Below are positions 45,498 to 55,006 of a stretch of 64,000 bases of DNA, one piece after another. Position numbers and translations under genes: made by a program. Numbering within the stretch: the first letter of the stretch is position 1; each line of letters starts with the position of its first letter. The notes below the pieces were generated by a model. The model saw only the letters and a list, made by a program, of their open reading frames with translations. It was not told the origin of the DNA and ran no database searches. Location of the stretch: the IMG/VR virus record IMGVR_UViG_3300023184_009074, positions 19,445 through 83,444 of that record, one strand, 5' to 3'. The DNA comes from a virus.

Positions 45498-46322
45498 TTA
45501 TCCTTTGAATTCAATTAAAGCTTTTGTAATAATACTGCATCCATCATTTTCAATTGGTACAATACCAGAAAAAACTTGTCTTCGCAACCAAATAGGCAAA
45601 AAATCACCTACTTCTAAGAATACAAATTCAATTTTTGTTCCTCCATCTAAAAAATCAATTTTAGAAGGCGATTGCAAAGTATTATTTAATTTTTCTTGAA
45701 TGCAATTAACAGGACTACCATTTTGTTTTTTTATAATTGTTATTATTGGAACAGGAGTAAGCGTATAGCTTTCAACTTTTATTAATGGTTGTTGTTTATA
45801 TCCTGAACTTCCTTGAAAATAAATAATTAAAACACTATTTCCATTTGCGTAACTTCCATTAACTGTAACATCTTTTAAATTAAAGATTTTATTAATTGAT
45901 TTTTGAAAATTATTTACAAAAATATTAATATTTGTATTATATTTAACAATAAAGTTTCTACTATTAAATGAGAATGTTAATGATTGATCATTAATAAAAT
46001 CACCTCCAGTTATTGTTATTGTTTGAATATCGTTTTTAAAATTAAAACCAAGACTAAATATTGCACCTTTAAAAAAATCATCTAGGACAACAGATAAATT
46101 GTGAATTCTTTTGTTTGATATGTTTTCCAAATACACACATCTATAGTCAATTAGCCCTTGATTGTAATCAGATTCAGTAACATTATTGAAAATGTTTTGT
46201 TTGAAATTACTTACATTATAATTACTTATGTCGCCACCGATAGATTTATTTGAATCTTCGTTATCGAAACCACCTGAATATTTATATTTTAAAATATTAC
46301 TCAAATCATTATCTTTGGTCAT
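45498..46322 (-). CDS. phage structural-type protein
   Basis: YSGG..N...SIGG, DYRCVYLEN, PIWLRR motifs of phage virion proteins; TATAAATA upstream. Confidence 0.6.
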   Translation of the reverse strand: MTKDNDLSNILKYKYSGGFDNEDSNKSIGGDISNYNVSNFKQNIFNNVTESDYNQGLIDYRCVYLENISNKRIHNLSVVLDDFFKGAIFSLGFNFKNDIQTITITGGDFINDQSLTFSFNSRNFIVKYNTNINIFVNNFQKSINKIFNLKDVTVNGSYANGNSVLIIYFQGSSGYKQQPLIKVESYTLTPVPIITIIKKQNGSPVNCIQEKLNNTLQSPSKIDFLDGGTKIEFVFLEVGDFLPIWLRRQVFSGIVPIENDGCSIITKALIEFKG

Positions 46323-46326
46323 ATTT

Positions 46327-46334
46327 TATTTATA
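46327..46334 (-). promoter_or_regulatory. T4-type late promoter TATAAATA, 4 nt before ATG
   Basis: Exact T4 late consensus; a gp55-like sigma is encoded in the window. Confidence 0.65.
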
Positions 46335-46411
46335 AAAAGATTGATTTTTTTTGTTTTAGATTATTATATATGTTATAATAATATATTAAATTTCAAAATT
46401 AGGAGACTATT

Positions 46412-47272
46412 TTGATCATTGGCACAAATTCAAGCTTTTTTGTGACTCAAAATAACTCTTTTATAAATTCTTATAATGTTATTGAGCAATTAAATAAAAA
46501 AAACAAACCGCTTCATTTGCCAAATTACACTTACAACTTTTTTTATTTTGCATTACGCTTTAAAGCAACTTCAGAATATGACTTTATTAAAAAAATAAGC
46601 GAAAATATTAATGTTTTAAGTGACAGCTTAAATTTAATTAATGCAGAAATATCCTATGCTAAGTTTTTAGAATTAGAAGAAAATGTAGATTTTTATAACA
46701 AACAAAGTGAATTACAAGAATGCAATGATAATATTAATAAAATTAAAAATATTTATGAAATGAATATTTTTAATAAAAATGTTTATAAAAGTATTATTAT
46801 GCCTTCATTAAGTTCTTTGACAATTAACAGTGACTTGTTTTTAAACAATATAAACTGTGATATATTTGTAAAATTATTAGATTTATTCTTAGCTGTTCCA
46901 ATGTATTTTATTGATGATGATCATGATCAAGTCATAAGAAAAAAATTCTTTCAAGCTGGAGATTATTCAAAATATGGAAGTGAAATATCATATTATTTCT
47001 TAAGCAATTTTTGGCTTAAATCAGAAAATAGTAATATTGCAAAACTGATATATGAAATTATTTCTTTTTGTTATTCATGTTTAGAAAGTGGAGATTATCA
47101 TAAGTTTTATGATACATCAAAAGATTATGTTAATGTTTTTGGATATGATTATTTTGAACTAGCAGTTGCCTTGAATAAAAGTGATTTTGTCAAAATTAAA
47201 AAATATTTAGCCTTCATTTATAACTTTTTACCTGAGCATATAATTGCAGAAATTGAAAACAATAGATATTAA
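46412..47272 (+). CDS. degenerate phiEco32-like COOH.NH2 ligase type 2
   Basis: LDLFLAVP...D.D...RK.F.QAG.Y...SYYFLSNFWL resembles D..LG.P..D..RR..YG.AG.FR..EYRTLSNFW; AGGAG SD, TTG start. Confidence 0.55.
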   Translation: MIIGTNSSFFVTQNNSFINSYNVIEQLNKKNKPLHLPNYTYNFFYFALRFKATSEYDFIKKISENINVLSDSLNLINAEISYAKFLELEENVDFYNKQSELQECNDNINKIKNIYEMNIFNKNVYKSIIMPSLSSLTINSDLFLNNINCDIFVKLLDLFLAVPMYFIDDDHDQVIRKKFFQAGDYSKYGSEISYYFLSNFWLKSENSNIAKLIYEIISFCYSCLESGDYHKFYDTSKDYVNVFGYDYFELAVALNKSDFVKIKKYLAFIYNFLPEHIIAEIENNRY

Positions 47273-47904
47273 TCAATTTTTCTGCATGGTTTACAACGCC
47301 ATTTTTCAGGCTTAGATAAAATATTGCTTATTAAATTTTCATTTAATAGCTTTTTTTTCCTGCATCTACTACACCAAATAACAGATAATCCTTCACCTCT
47401 TGCTTTTTGCTTAAATATTCTTTTAAGTGAAGGAAGGTTGTGAAACTTTGCGAATTCAATTGGTATTTCTGGTAAATCATTATAATGTACTAGATCCTCT
47501 ATCCAAGCATAGCCTTTTTCTGAATTTACATTACTAGGCGGAACTACAGATTGGTGGCAATATCCTCTAATTTCAATTCTTCCAATTTGAATTCTTGATA
47601 TATTCCTAAAGGTATTTTTGAATAAATGATGATAAGATTTTTTGCTTTTGTAAATAGGATGATTAATCATCATAAAGTTATTGTTTAATATTTCGTTTGC
47701 TTCTTCTGAGTCACCTTCTATATCAACTATTTTCCCAAGCAGCAAGCCAATGTTGTATTTCTTTCCATTATCTAATAATGGCAAATAATTATTATGATTG
47801 TAGTTTTTTTGCCACTTGAAAAATATTGGAACTTTTGCACCATAATGCAAAAGTATTGGTTGATAGCCAAAATCAAGATATTTTATAAATGCTTCTTTGA
47901 TCAT
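47269..47904 (-). CDS. Prim-Pol-like domain protein with C-terminal Zn finger
   Basis: K.P...WQ, NIGLLLG..DIEGD, H..F, IEIRG...SVVPPS; CSRC...CKPC. Confidence 0.75.
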   Translation of the reverse strand: MIKEAFIKYLDFGYQPILLHYGAKVPIFFKWQKNYNHNNYLPLLDNGKKYNIGLLLGKIVDIEGDSEEANEILNNNFMMINHPIYKSKKSYHHLFKNTFRNISRIQIGRIEIRGYCHQSVVPPSNVNSEKGYAWIEDLVHYNDLPEIPIEFAKFHNLPSLKRIFKQKARGEGLSVIWCSRCRKKKLLNENLISNILSKPEKWRCKPCRKID

Positions 47905-47940
47905 AAAAGCATTTTAAGTAAATAAAAATAAAAAGCAAAT

Positions 47941-47970
47941 AAAAAAGCCCTGTGGATTACACAGGGCTTT
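47941..47970 (-). terminator. intrinsic terminator
   Basis: aaagccctgtg-gatta-cacagggcttt with T tract on the minus strand. Confidence 0.85.
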
Positions 47971-47988
47971 AAAGTTATTAATTAATAA

Positions 47989-48888
47989 TTACTTTTTCTT
48001 CATTTTATTCATTTTTTTCATTTTCTTCATTTTATTCATTTTCATCATCGCAGCTTTGGTTGCACCTGTATTAGTTGGTACAGTTTCAGCTTTATCTTCA
48101 GATTCTACTTCAGCAGCAGCAGCATTAAAAGCAGACTTAATAGCATTCATTAATTTAGTCTTTGCACTATTATCAGACATTTTATCTACAAAAGAATCAT
48201 GTAATGCCTTGATTATCTCTTTGGCTAAACCACTTAATTTCTGAGTACTAAAATTAGATCCAGTTAATTTACTTTTAAATTTTTCAAGTGGATTATCAAC
48301 ACCTGCACCATATGCTTCGTTTACCATACCATCAAAATTAGCTTGTGTTACACAAGCATTATCAAGCATTGAAGAAACACTTTTTTGCCAATCTTTAAAA
48401 GAAGGAATATGCTTTGGCATGGTGTTTTCAGAAGCCATGTAAGATCCACATTTGGACCAACAATTTTTTTCCTTCATGTCTTCGCCTTCTTCATCTTCAT
48501 CTTCTTCCATGTCTTCGTCTTCGTCTTCATCATCTTCGTCTTCATCATCTTCGTCTTCTTCATCTTCGTCTTCGTCTTCCATTTCATCTTCATCTTCCAT
48601 TTCATCTTCATCTTCCATTTCATCTTCATCTTCCATTTCATCTTCATCTTCCATTTCATCTTCATCTTCATCTTCATTATCTTCAATTTCTTCTATGTCT
48701 TCTTCTTCCATATCTTCATATTCTTTGTTTTTGTTTTTGTTTTTGTTTTTTACTTCATCTTCTTCTGAAGGCATGAAATCACTCATGCGTTGATCCATCA
48801 TGATTCCTAGGTTGTGAGTGCCAGAAAGACCGAGGTTTACTGATCCTAGGTTTTCGTTTAATTTTTTCCAATTGTTGTAATTCAACAT
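47989..48888 (-). CDS. low-complexity protein with acidic tract and basic Met/Lys tail, CTS-like N-terminus
   Basis: MLNYNNWKKLNE; long D/E block; ends MMKMNKMKKMKKMNKMKKK; AGGAG SD; own terminator. Confidence 0.8.
   Translation of the reverse strand: MLNYNNWKKLNENLGSVNLGLSGTHNLGIMMDQRMSDFMPSEEDEVKNKNKNKNKEYEDMEEEDIEEIEDNEDEDEDEMEDEDEMEDEDEMEDEDEMEDEDEMEDEDEDEEDEDDEDEDDEDEDEDMEEDEDEEGEDMKEKNCWSKCGSYMASENTMPKHIPSFKDWQKSVSSMLDNACVTQANFDGMVNEAYGAGVDNPLEKFKSKLTGSNFSTQKLSGLAKEIIKALHDSFVDKMSDNSAKTKLMNAIKSAFNAAAAEVESEDKAETVPTNTGATKAAMMKMNKMKKMKKMNKMKKK
48576..48665. repeat. 18-nt tandem repeat x5 (DEDEME)
   Basis: cttccatttcatcttcat x5, exact. Confidence 0.95.
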
Positions 48889-48928
48889 AATAATTCTTTC
48901 TCCTAAAAGGGGTTAACTTATATATGCA

Positions 48929-49165
48929 TTATTTAAAATATTTCTTATTTTTGTTTTTGTTTTTTTCCAATAATGCTTTTCTAATAATTTCTCCGTTTTT
49001 ACTAAGCTTATTTTGATTAGTTGGCAAAGGAGAATTTTGTCCAGATGGATTTACATTTTTCTGTAAAATATTAGATCTAGTTATAAAACTTGAAACTATT
49101 TTATTTTGAATTGGAACTTGATTTAAAGTTCTGTTTGAACTTTTAGCTTTATTACATCCACACAT
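48929..49165 (-). CDS. small basic protein starting MCGCNK
   Basis: 78 aa, GAGG SD. Confidence 0.7.
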   Translation of the reverse strand: MCGCNKAKSSNRTLNQVPIQNKIVSSFITRSNILQKNVNPSGQNSPLPTNQNKLSKNGEIIRKALLEKNKNKNKKYFK

Positions 49166-49183
49166 TTTTCCTCTTTCTAAGTT

Positions 49184-49393
49184 TTAACTTTTTCTTTTAA
49201 CATTAATAATTCTTCTTACTATTTTTGCTCTTTCAGAGCCACCACCGCCACCACAACCGCATCCTTTTTTTGGTGGTTGTGTTGGTTGTGGTACCTGCTG
49301 GTTTATTATTTGAGAATTAGGCGGTGTTTTTGGCATAACTTTAGATGGCTTTGCTGGGACACTAGTATTTTTAATTTTATTTGGTTTATCCAT
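49184..49393 (-). CDS. small basic protein with KKGCGCG motif
   Basis: 69 aa, AAGGA SD. Confidence 0.7.
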   Translation of the reverse strand: MDKPNKIKNTSVPAKPSKVMPKTPPNSQIINQQVPQPTQPPKKGCGCGGGGGSERAKIVRRIINVKRKS

Positions 49394-49449
49394 ATAAATA
49401 TTCCTTATTTAAATTTTCAGAGTAATATAATTTATTTATTGTATCAACC

Positions 49450-49484
49450 AAAAAAAAAGACAGTTATTTTCATAACTGTCTTTT
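49450..49484 (-). terminator. intrinsic terminator
   Basis: aaaagacagttat-tttc-ataactgtctttt. Confidence 0.8.
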
Positions 49485-49507
49485 AAAATTATATTTTAAA
49501 TATTTTA

Positions 49508-49765
49508 TTATTCGGTTGGCAATACAATATAACTCTTGCAGCTAAGCTTATTTGCTCTAGCATTACAAGCAGAAACAATTGCACTCTTATTTTCAAACAA
49601 AGTGCAATCCGTGGACATTTTGCTAAGTTTTGTAGGTTTCAATCCATCAATATTACAAATAGCTTCATAATAATCTTTTCCTTTAACAGTAGTTTTCTTT
49701 ACTTGAAACTTAATAGTTCCATTGGTGCTAGTCTTACTGGGCGATTTCTTAGTACAAGTCTTCAT
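49508..49765 (-). CDS. small basic hypothetical protein
   Basis: 85 aa, AAGGAG SD, followed by a terminator. Confidence 0.7.
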   Translation of the reverse strand: MKTCTKKSPSKTSTNGTIKFQVKKTTVKGKDYYEAICNIDGLKPTKLSKMSTDCTLFENKSAIVSACNARANKLSCKSYIVLPTE

Positions 49766-49821
49766 TTGAATCTCCTTGAGTTGAAAAAAACATCTTACTA
49801 ATTATATGCTTTTGAAATATA

Positions 49822-50397
49822 TTATACAAGTATATTTTTTAAGTTAATTAATTCTCTTTTTGAAATTTTATGTTCAATATTAAAACATGGCATTAATATT
49901 CTTTTTCCTAAAGGTCTTTTTTTTTCTTTTGCGAATTTGTTTATTGCTGTAATGTAAGAACTGCAAAACTTTGACCTTTCTATTTTAAAATTATTTTTTA
50001 TATTTAGAAATTCAAATATTTCTTCAAAAAAACTAATTAAATAATTTTCAAAACAAGAGTAATTATCTAAGTTTATATTTTTAAAGTTTATGAAAAAAAC
50101 AAGCATTTCCATATTTGCATTTACAAATTTATATTTTGATAATATTTTGATTATTTTATCCAAGAAATCAAGTTTTGATATTTTTAAATTATATATAAAA
50201 TTTTTAAAAGTAAAAATCAAAGTATTTTTCTTGTTGTAATCATTTAGATTACAAAAAGCACATTTGTTTTTTTTGTTTGAAAAATAAGTGCTTTCGCTAG
50301 GTAAATCACAGCATGAGCATATAAAGATTTGATTTTTTTCAAAAAATCCATCAATGTGTTGTATTTTTGGTAAAAGAATTATCTCTTGTTTTGACAT
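49822..50397 (-). CDS. hypothetical protein with Cys cluster
   Basis: CSCC...CAFC. Confidence 0.6.
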   Translation of the reverse strand: MSKQEIILLPKIQHIDGFFEKNQIFICSCCDLPSESTYFSNKKNKCAFCNLNDYNKKNTLIFTFKNFIYNLKISKLDFLDKIIKILSKYKFVNANMEMLVFFINFKNINLDNYSCFENYLISFFEEIFEFLNIKNNFKIERSKFCSSYITAINKFAKEKKRPLGKRILMPCFNIEHKISKRELINLKNILV

Positions 50398-50516
50398 TTT
50401 ATTTAATAAATTTAAACTCTAAACTATAAATAGTATAAGAACATAGTTTGCAAAACTATAAATTTTTATGAGTATTTAAATACATATTCATATCAACATT
50501 AAGAAGGAAGGTTATT

Positions 50517-50753
50517 ATGTTATCATTTGAAGAATGGGTTTATGAAACTTATCCATTGTTGACTGAAAAAACTAAGAGGGCTGGAATTGCTCATTGGGCA
50601 TATCCTCAAGGATATGCAAGAGCACATTATCCTGCTAGCTATTTTACACCTGTTGCAGCTGATGCAATTCAGAAATTAGGGCCAACTGCTTCTGATAGCT
50701 CAATTGATGTTAAAAAGTTTAATTACAGTCAATTTGGTGAAACCGAAGAATAA
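50517..50753 (+). CDS. small protein, CTS-like N-terminus
   Basis: MLSFEEWVYE; AAGGAAGG SD; followed by a terminator. Confidence 0.75.
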   Translation: MLSFEEWVYETYPLLTEKTKRAGIAHWAYPQGYARAHYPASYFTPVAADAIQKLGPTASDSSIDVKKFNYSQFGETEE

Positions 50754-50773
50754 TTTAAGCTTTAATTTTAATT

Positions 50774-50804
50774 AAAAGGCTAGCAGAAATGTTAGCCTTT
50801 TTTT
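50774..50804. terminator. bidirectional terminator
   Basis: aaaaggctagca-gaaa-tgttagcctttt between convergent genes. Confidence 0.85.
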
Positions 50805-50805
50805 A

Positions 50806-51174
50806 TTAGAAAATATCTTCGAAGTCATCTTGACTATTAACATTAATTACAATAAAATCTTGAATTCCTTTGATTCTCATTTTATGATCACGATCTAAAA
50901 CAGAATCAGTTTTTTCATTTATCATTTCTGGGACATTGGTCCAATAAGCCCATTGAGTATCAGAATTAGGATTTTGATAAACTACTTTCAATTTATAGTA
51001 CTTATCTAATATTTTTTCTACTTCTTCTTCTGGCACATTAGATTCTTTAGCTAAAGCCGATACACTTCTCCATTTCCATTTTTTATGTCTTGCAAGACTT
51101 TTAAATACTTTTTCTTCTTTGTCGCCTTGTTTTGTGCCTCTTGGATAAATATCATACCAATTTGGAATATTCAT
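50806..51174 (-). CDS. winged-helix-like protein
   Basis: WRSVSALAKESNVPEEEVEKIL; likely start MNIP at 51174 after AAGG. Confidence 0.6.
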   Translation of the reverse strand: MNIPNWYDIYPRGTKQGDKEEKVFKSLARHKKWKWRSVSALAKESNVPEEEVEKILDKYYKLKVVYQNPNSDTQWAYWTNVPEMINEKTDSVLDRDHKMRIKGIQDFIVINVNSQDDFEDIF

Positions 51175-51217
51175 TTTTACCTTATAAAAAAAATTGCTTA
51201 TACTATAGTAATATACT

Positions 51218-51475
51218 ATGAACAAAAAAAGATTAACCAAGGAAGAAAAAATGGCAGAAAATAAACAAAAAAGAGAAGATGCTTTTGGTGGTACTGGTAT
51301 TTATATTTTTGAAAATAAAACAAATTCAGATTTTTTACTTCCAAAAGTGACTTTGGATAATAAAAGATTTGTAGGGCCAGGACAAAGCTTTAGAGGCGAT
51401 AGTTTTTTCTTTAAATTAGTTAAAGAAAACATGCTTAAATTAGTTAAAGTTATAGATAATGGCGAAAATAATTAA
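51218..51475 (+). CDS. hypothetical protein, tandem paralog A
   Basis: G.G.Y..EN.TNSD.LLP..TL.N...GDSFF..LV...MLKLVKVIDNGE shared with the next gene; start may be 51251. Confidence 0.75.
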   Translation: MNKKRLTKEEKMAENKQKREDAFGGTGIYIFENKTNSDFLLPKVTLDNKRFVGPGQSFRGDSFFFKLVKENMLKLVKVIDNGENN

Positions 51476-51499
51476 AAATTACAATAAGGAAAATAAATA

Positions 51500-51895
51500 A
51501 TGTCAAGTAAAAATGAATCATCTGGAAAAGGCATGTATCTTTATGAAAATAATACAAATTCAGATTTATTATTGCCAAGATTAACTCTGGAAAATCAAAA
51601 GCTTATTAGACCAAAGCAAAGATTCAAGGGGGATAGTTTTTTTCTAGAATTAGTAAGAAATAAAATGCTCAAATTGGTTAAAGTTATAGATAATGGAGAA
51701 GACAAAATCATGAACGAAAATAAACTTATTTTGGATCAACCCGATATTGTTAAGCCAGCAGGAAAAGTTGAACATGTTCAGGCTAAAAATCCAAGCGTTT
51801 CTCTAAATGATAATGTTGATAATTTACAACAAAATCAAGAAAAATTATTGCTAACGGAAGACCCTGTTGGCAGCATTCAAGTTGTTATTGATTAA
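51500..51895 (+). CDS. hypothetical protein, tandem paralog B with C-terminal extension
   Basis: Same domain as 51218..51475; AAGGA SD. Confidence 0.75.
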   Translation: MSSKNESSGKGMYLYENNTNSDLLLPRLTLENQKLIRPKQRFKGDSFFLELVRNKMLKLVKVIDNGEDKIMNENKLILDQPDIVKPAGKVEHVQAKNPSVSLNDNVDNLQQNQEKLLLTEDPVGSIQVVID

Positions 51896-52294
51896 TTTGT
51901 ATTTATTTATTTCGTGAATTGTAAAGATATAGCTTTTAAATAGATTAATCTTTCTTAGCAATCTTTCGTGAAGATTATATTGATTAATTTCATCAAAATT
52001 AATCCATTTATAGTCTAAATGCTCTTCGCTTAAAGTACAATCAAAAGATTTTTCTATCATAACAACATAAGTGACGAAATAATTTTTTTTATGGAAATCT
52101 GGAAATTTGCCAATCTCTATCCCAGTTGGCAAAGTTCCTATTTCTTCTCTTGTCTCTCTGCATGCAGTTTCCCAACTGGTTTCATTTTTTTCTTGTTTTC
52201 CACCAGGAATACTCCATATTTTATTTTTTGAATTTTTTAGTAATATCAAAAAATTCCATCCATCAGTATAAAAAATACCAGATGATTTTTTCAA
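51851..52294 (-). CDS. NUDIX hydrolase
   Basis: PGGKQEKNETSWETACRETREEIG Nudix box; LSEEH.DYKW. Confidence 0.9.
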   Translation of the reverse strand: MKKSSGIFYTDGWNFLILLKNSKNKIWSIPGGKQEKNETSWETACRETREEIGTLPTGIEIGKFPDFHKKNYFVTYVVMIEKSFDCTLSEEHLDYKWINFDEINQYNLHERLLRKINLFKSYIFTIHEINKYKLINNNLNAANRVFR

Positions 52295-52875
52295 TTTTTT
52301 GGACCTCTTTTTAAATTAATACCTTTTAGTTTTTCTTTGTGTTTATCAGGTTTGTGTTTAATATCGTCCATTACATTTTTTAATTTATAAGTCATGCTTG
52401 ATGCATTTAAATCACCATCAATTTTTTCTGTATTTACTACAGATACTGTTTTCTTACTTTTATTGTAAAACCCTTTACTTAAAACAAACATATCAAGCTT
52501 ATGGTTGTAACTTATTAATGAGCACCATCCTCCATCATCCCAATTTCTCGCAGTAACAATTATTCTATAAGGCTCTTCGTCAAATATTAATTTAACATGA
52601 TATCCTTCTTTTTTAAGTGCTGCACTTACATAACCTAAAGTTATTTTTGCAAACCCACTTAAAACATCTTCCTTTTTAGTTCTATAGTTTATTTCTACAG
52701 AATATCTTGTGTGCTCTACAGATTCTAATAATATATTATTTTTTGTATTAAAAGTGTTAGATGTATAATTTTTACATATTTCTATAAAATCAAGCAATTC
52801 TTCTTGTTTTATGTCTTTGACATTTTCAAAAAGATTTTGTAATTTTTCTTTTTTGTATTCTTTGAAATTTTTCAT
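52291..52875 (-). CDS. hypothetical protein, CTS-like N-terminus
   Basis: MKNFKEYKKE; TAATAAATA-aattact-ATG. Confidence 0.75.
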   Translation of the reverse strand: MKNFKEYKKEKLQNLFENVKDIKQEELLDFIEICKNYTSNTFNTKNNILLESVEHTRYSVEINYRTKKEDVLSGFAKITLGYVSAALKKEGYHVKLIFDEEPYRIIVTARNWDDGGWCSLISYNHKLDMFVLSKGFYNKSKKTVSVVNTEKIDGDLNASSMTYKLKNVMDDIKHKPDKHKEKLKGINLKRGPKN

Positions 52876-52938
52876 AGTAATTTATTTATTAGCAAAACTA
52901 AAATATAATATAGAATAATATAGAAAAGAGGAATTTTT

Positions 52939-53778
52939 ATGAGTAAAAAATTAACTATTGGATTTGCTTGCTTTGATGATGTCGAAGGTGCATTTTTTAC
53001 TCTTGGAGCTTTAAGACTTTATCATCATAAAAATTTAGATAACATAGAGCTTTTGGTAGTAGATGATTTTCCAGGTAAAACTGAAGGATTACAAGGTTTA
53101 TGTGAGTTATCTGGGGCAAAGTATATTCACGAAACAGTTAATAAGGGTCCAGCCAGAGCTAAAAATAATGTTTTTAAACATGCTACAGGTGAATATGTAT
53201 TGCTTTTAGATAGTCATGTTTTATTATGTGAAAATGCAGTAGATAATATTTTTGATGGAATTTTTTATAATTTAATTAAAAAAAACATGTGGGTTGGTCC
53301 TTTGATAAATGAAATGGGAAATGTTGTTGCTACTCATTTAGAACCAAAATGGCGTGGTGCATTTTATGGAACTTGGAATGTAGATGATGAAATTGTTAAA
53401 GGAAAAATGAAAGAAGTACCAATGCATGGTGCAGCATTCATGTTAATGAAAAGAGAACATTGGCCTGAGTTCTCTCCGCATTTTGAAGGTTTTGCTGGTG
53501 AAGAAGGATATATTCACGAAAAAGTTAGAATGAATGGCGGTAAAATAATTTGTAATCCAAGATTAAAATGGATGCATAGATTTGTAAGAGGGAAACCAAT
53601 ATCTTTTAAATTAGATAACGCTGATAGAGTTTATAATTATTTAATTGGGTTCCATGAAATTAAATATGATGTAAATGAAGTAGTAGCATTCTTCAGAAAA
53701 GACGCAATGCCTGAAGAAACAATTCAAGATGCAATAAAAAGAGCATTAATTGTATATCCTAATATGTTTAAAAAATAA
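52939..53778 (+). CDS. GT2-family glycosyltransferase
   Basis: ELLVVDD, GPARAKN, ATGEYVLLLDSH, F.GFAGEE. Confidence 0.85.
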   Translation: MSKKLTIGFACFDDVEGAFFTLGALRLYHHKNLDNIELLVVDDFPGKTEGLQGLCELSGAKYIHETVNKGPARAKNNVFKHATGEYVLLLDSHVLLCENAVDNIFDGIFYNLIKKNMWVGPLINEMGNVVATHLEPKWRGAFYGTWNVDDEIVKGKMKEVPMHGAAFMLMKREHWPEFSPHFEGFAGEEGYIHEKVRMNGGKIICNPRLKWMHRFVRGKPISFKLDNADRVYNYLIGFHEIKYDVNEVVAFFRKDAMPEETIQDAIKRALIVYPNMFKK

Positions 53779-53826
53779 TACAAAATGATACATATAATGT
53801 ATATTGTTTTTAATTAAAGGTATTCT

Positions 53827-54273
53827 ATGGCAGATTTAACATTAGGACAAAGCGATATTTCTGTAGTAGTAAGTGATACTACAGGAAACATCGCTTTGAT
53901 TAATACAAGTGGTGATTCTGGCAATTCTTTGACTATGTTTGAAAGTTCTCGTGGTCAAAAAGTTGCATCTAATTCTATTCCTGTTGTTGTTTGTGATGAA
54001 CAATCTATTAGAAACAGTTTTTTAACAGGACAAATTGCAATAGGAATTACAGCAGTTCAATTACCATCAAATACATTGAAAAATTCTATCAATATAAAAT
54101 CTTCAGATTTTAATACTGGAATTCTTTATATTGGTAGTTCAAATGCCGTTACAATTTCCACAGGATATGAATTAAGTGCTGGAGAAAGTATTACTCTTCC
54201 AATAAATAATTCGAATTTGATTTATTTAATATCTGATTCTACAAATCAAATTATTTCTTATATTGCTTCTTGA
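53827..54273 (+). CDS. probable virion protein
   Basis: S/T/I-rich beta protein, NTGILYIG...GYELSAGESITL. Confidence 0.6.
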   Translation: MADLTLGQSDISVVVSDTTGNIALINTSGDSGNSLTMFESSRGQKVASNSIPVVVCDEQSIRNSFLTGQIAIGITAVQLPSNTLKNSINIKSSDFNTGILYIGSSNAVTISTGYELSAGESITLPINNSNLIYLISDSTNQIISYIAS

Positions 54274-54275
54274 TA

Positions 54276-54917
54276 TTAATATTTATTGATTTTTATTACT
54301 CTCTTTGTATTTTCAATAAAATGTGATAAAATATAATTATTATATCTTATTGTTAATTGATTTATAATTGATTTTAAATTTTCTTCTTCTTTATTTCTTG
54401 CGTTTACATCTTTGTTAATAATTTCATTTCTTAAAACATTTGCATTTCTTAACAACTTTATTTGATTGTTTATATTATTTTTACATTTATTTGTTTTGCA
54501 GTCATTCAATTCTATTAAATTGCTAATTTGATTTTTATTAGCTTTAATTGTATTCTTTGTTTTTTCAATATTCACTTCATAATTCCAAATTTTTTGTATA
54601 CTAGTAGTAATTGATGCTAATTTTTTGCCCATTGCATCACGCTGTGCTTTTGTAATCCCCCCAAAAAAATTAAAATATGCTTTGTTTAAACATAAAATAG
54701 TTTTACAATTTCCAAATTCTTTAAGTAATTCATTTACTTTATTTTTTAGAGTTGTTAAAACTTGAGGTTTTGTAGTAATGGTAGGTTTTTTAGTGGTAGT
54801 AGGTTCTGGCGTAGTAGTAGGTTCTGGCGTGGTAGTAGGTTCTGGCGTGGTAGTAGGTTCTGGCGTGGTACTATCAGATAATTTAAATATTCTTTTATTA
54901 GCGTTGGTTTTTTTCAT
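54276..54917 (-). CDS. hypothetical protein with TTTPEP repeats and coiled coil
   Basis: 213 aa; two CKTxxC motifs. Confidence 0.65.
   Translation of the reverse strand: MKKTNANKRIFKLSDSTTPEPTTTPEPTTTPEPTTTPEPTTTKKPTITTKPQVLTTLKNKVNELLKEFGNCKTILCLNKAYFNFFGGITKAQRDAMGKKLASITTSIQKIWNYEVNIEKTKNTIKANKNQISNLIELNDCKTNKCKNNINNQIKLLRNANVLRNEIINKDVNARNKEEENLKSIINQLTIRYNNYILSHFIENTKRVIKINKY
54796..54867. repeat. 18-nt tandem repeat x4 (TTTPEP)
   Basis: gtagtaggttctggcgt(a/g) x4. Confidence 0.92.
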
Positions 54918-55006
54918 TTTTTTTCTTTTTTAAAAAAATTAAACAATTAAATCATCAATAATATAGCTTTAAAAATTTATTTTATTTAAATTTGATTATT
55001 TTTTAA

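Noticed and set aside
48056-48793. Poly-Ser, Phe/Ile, His/Leu and Lys/Met ORFs
   Set aside because: Shadow frames of the acidic repeat in 47989..48888.
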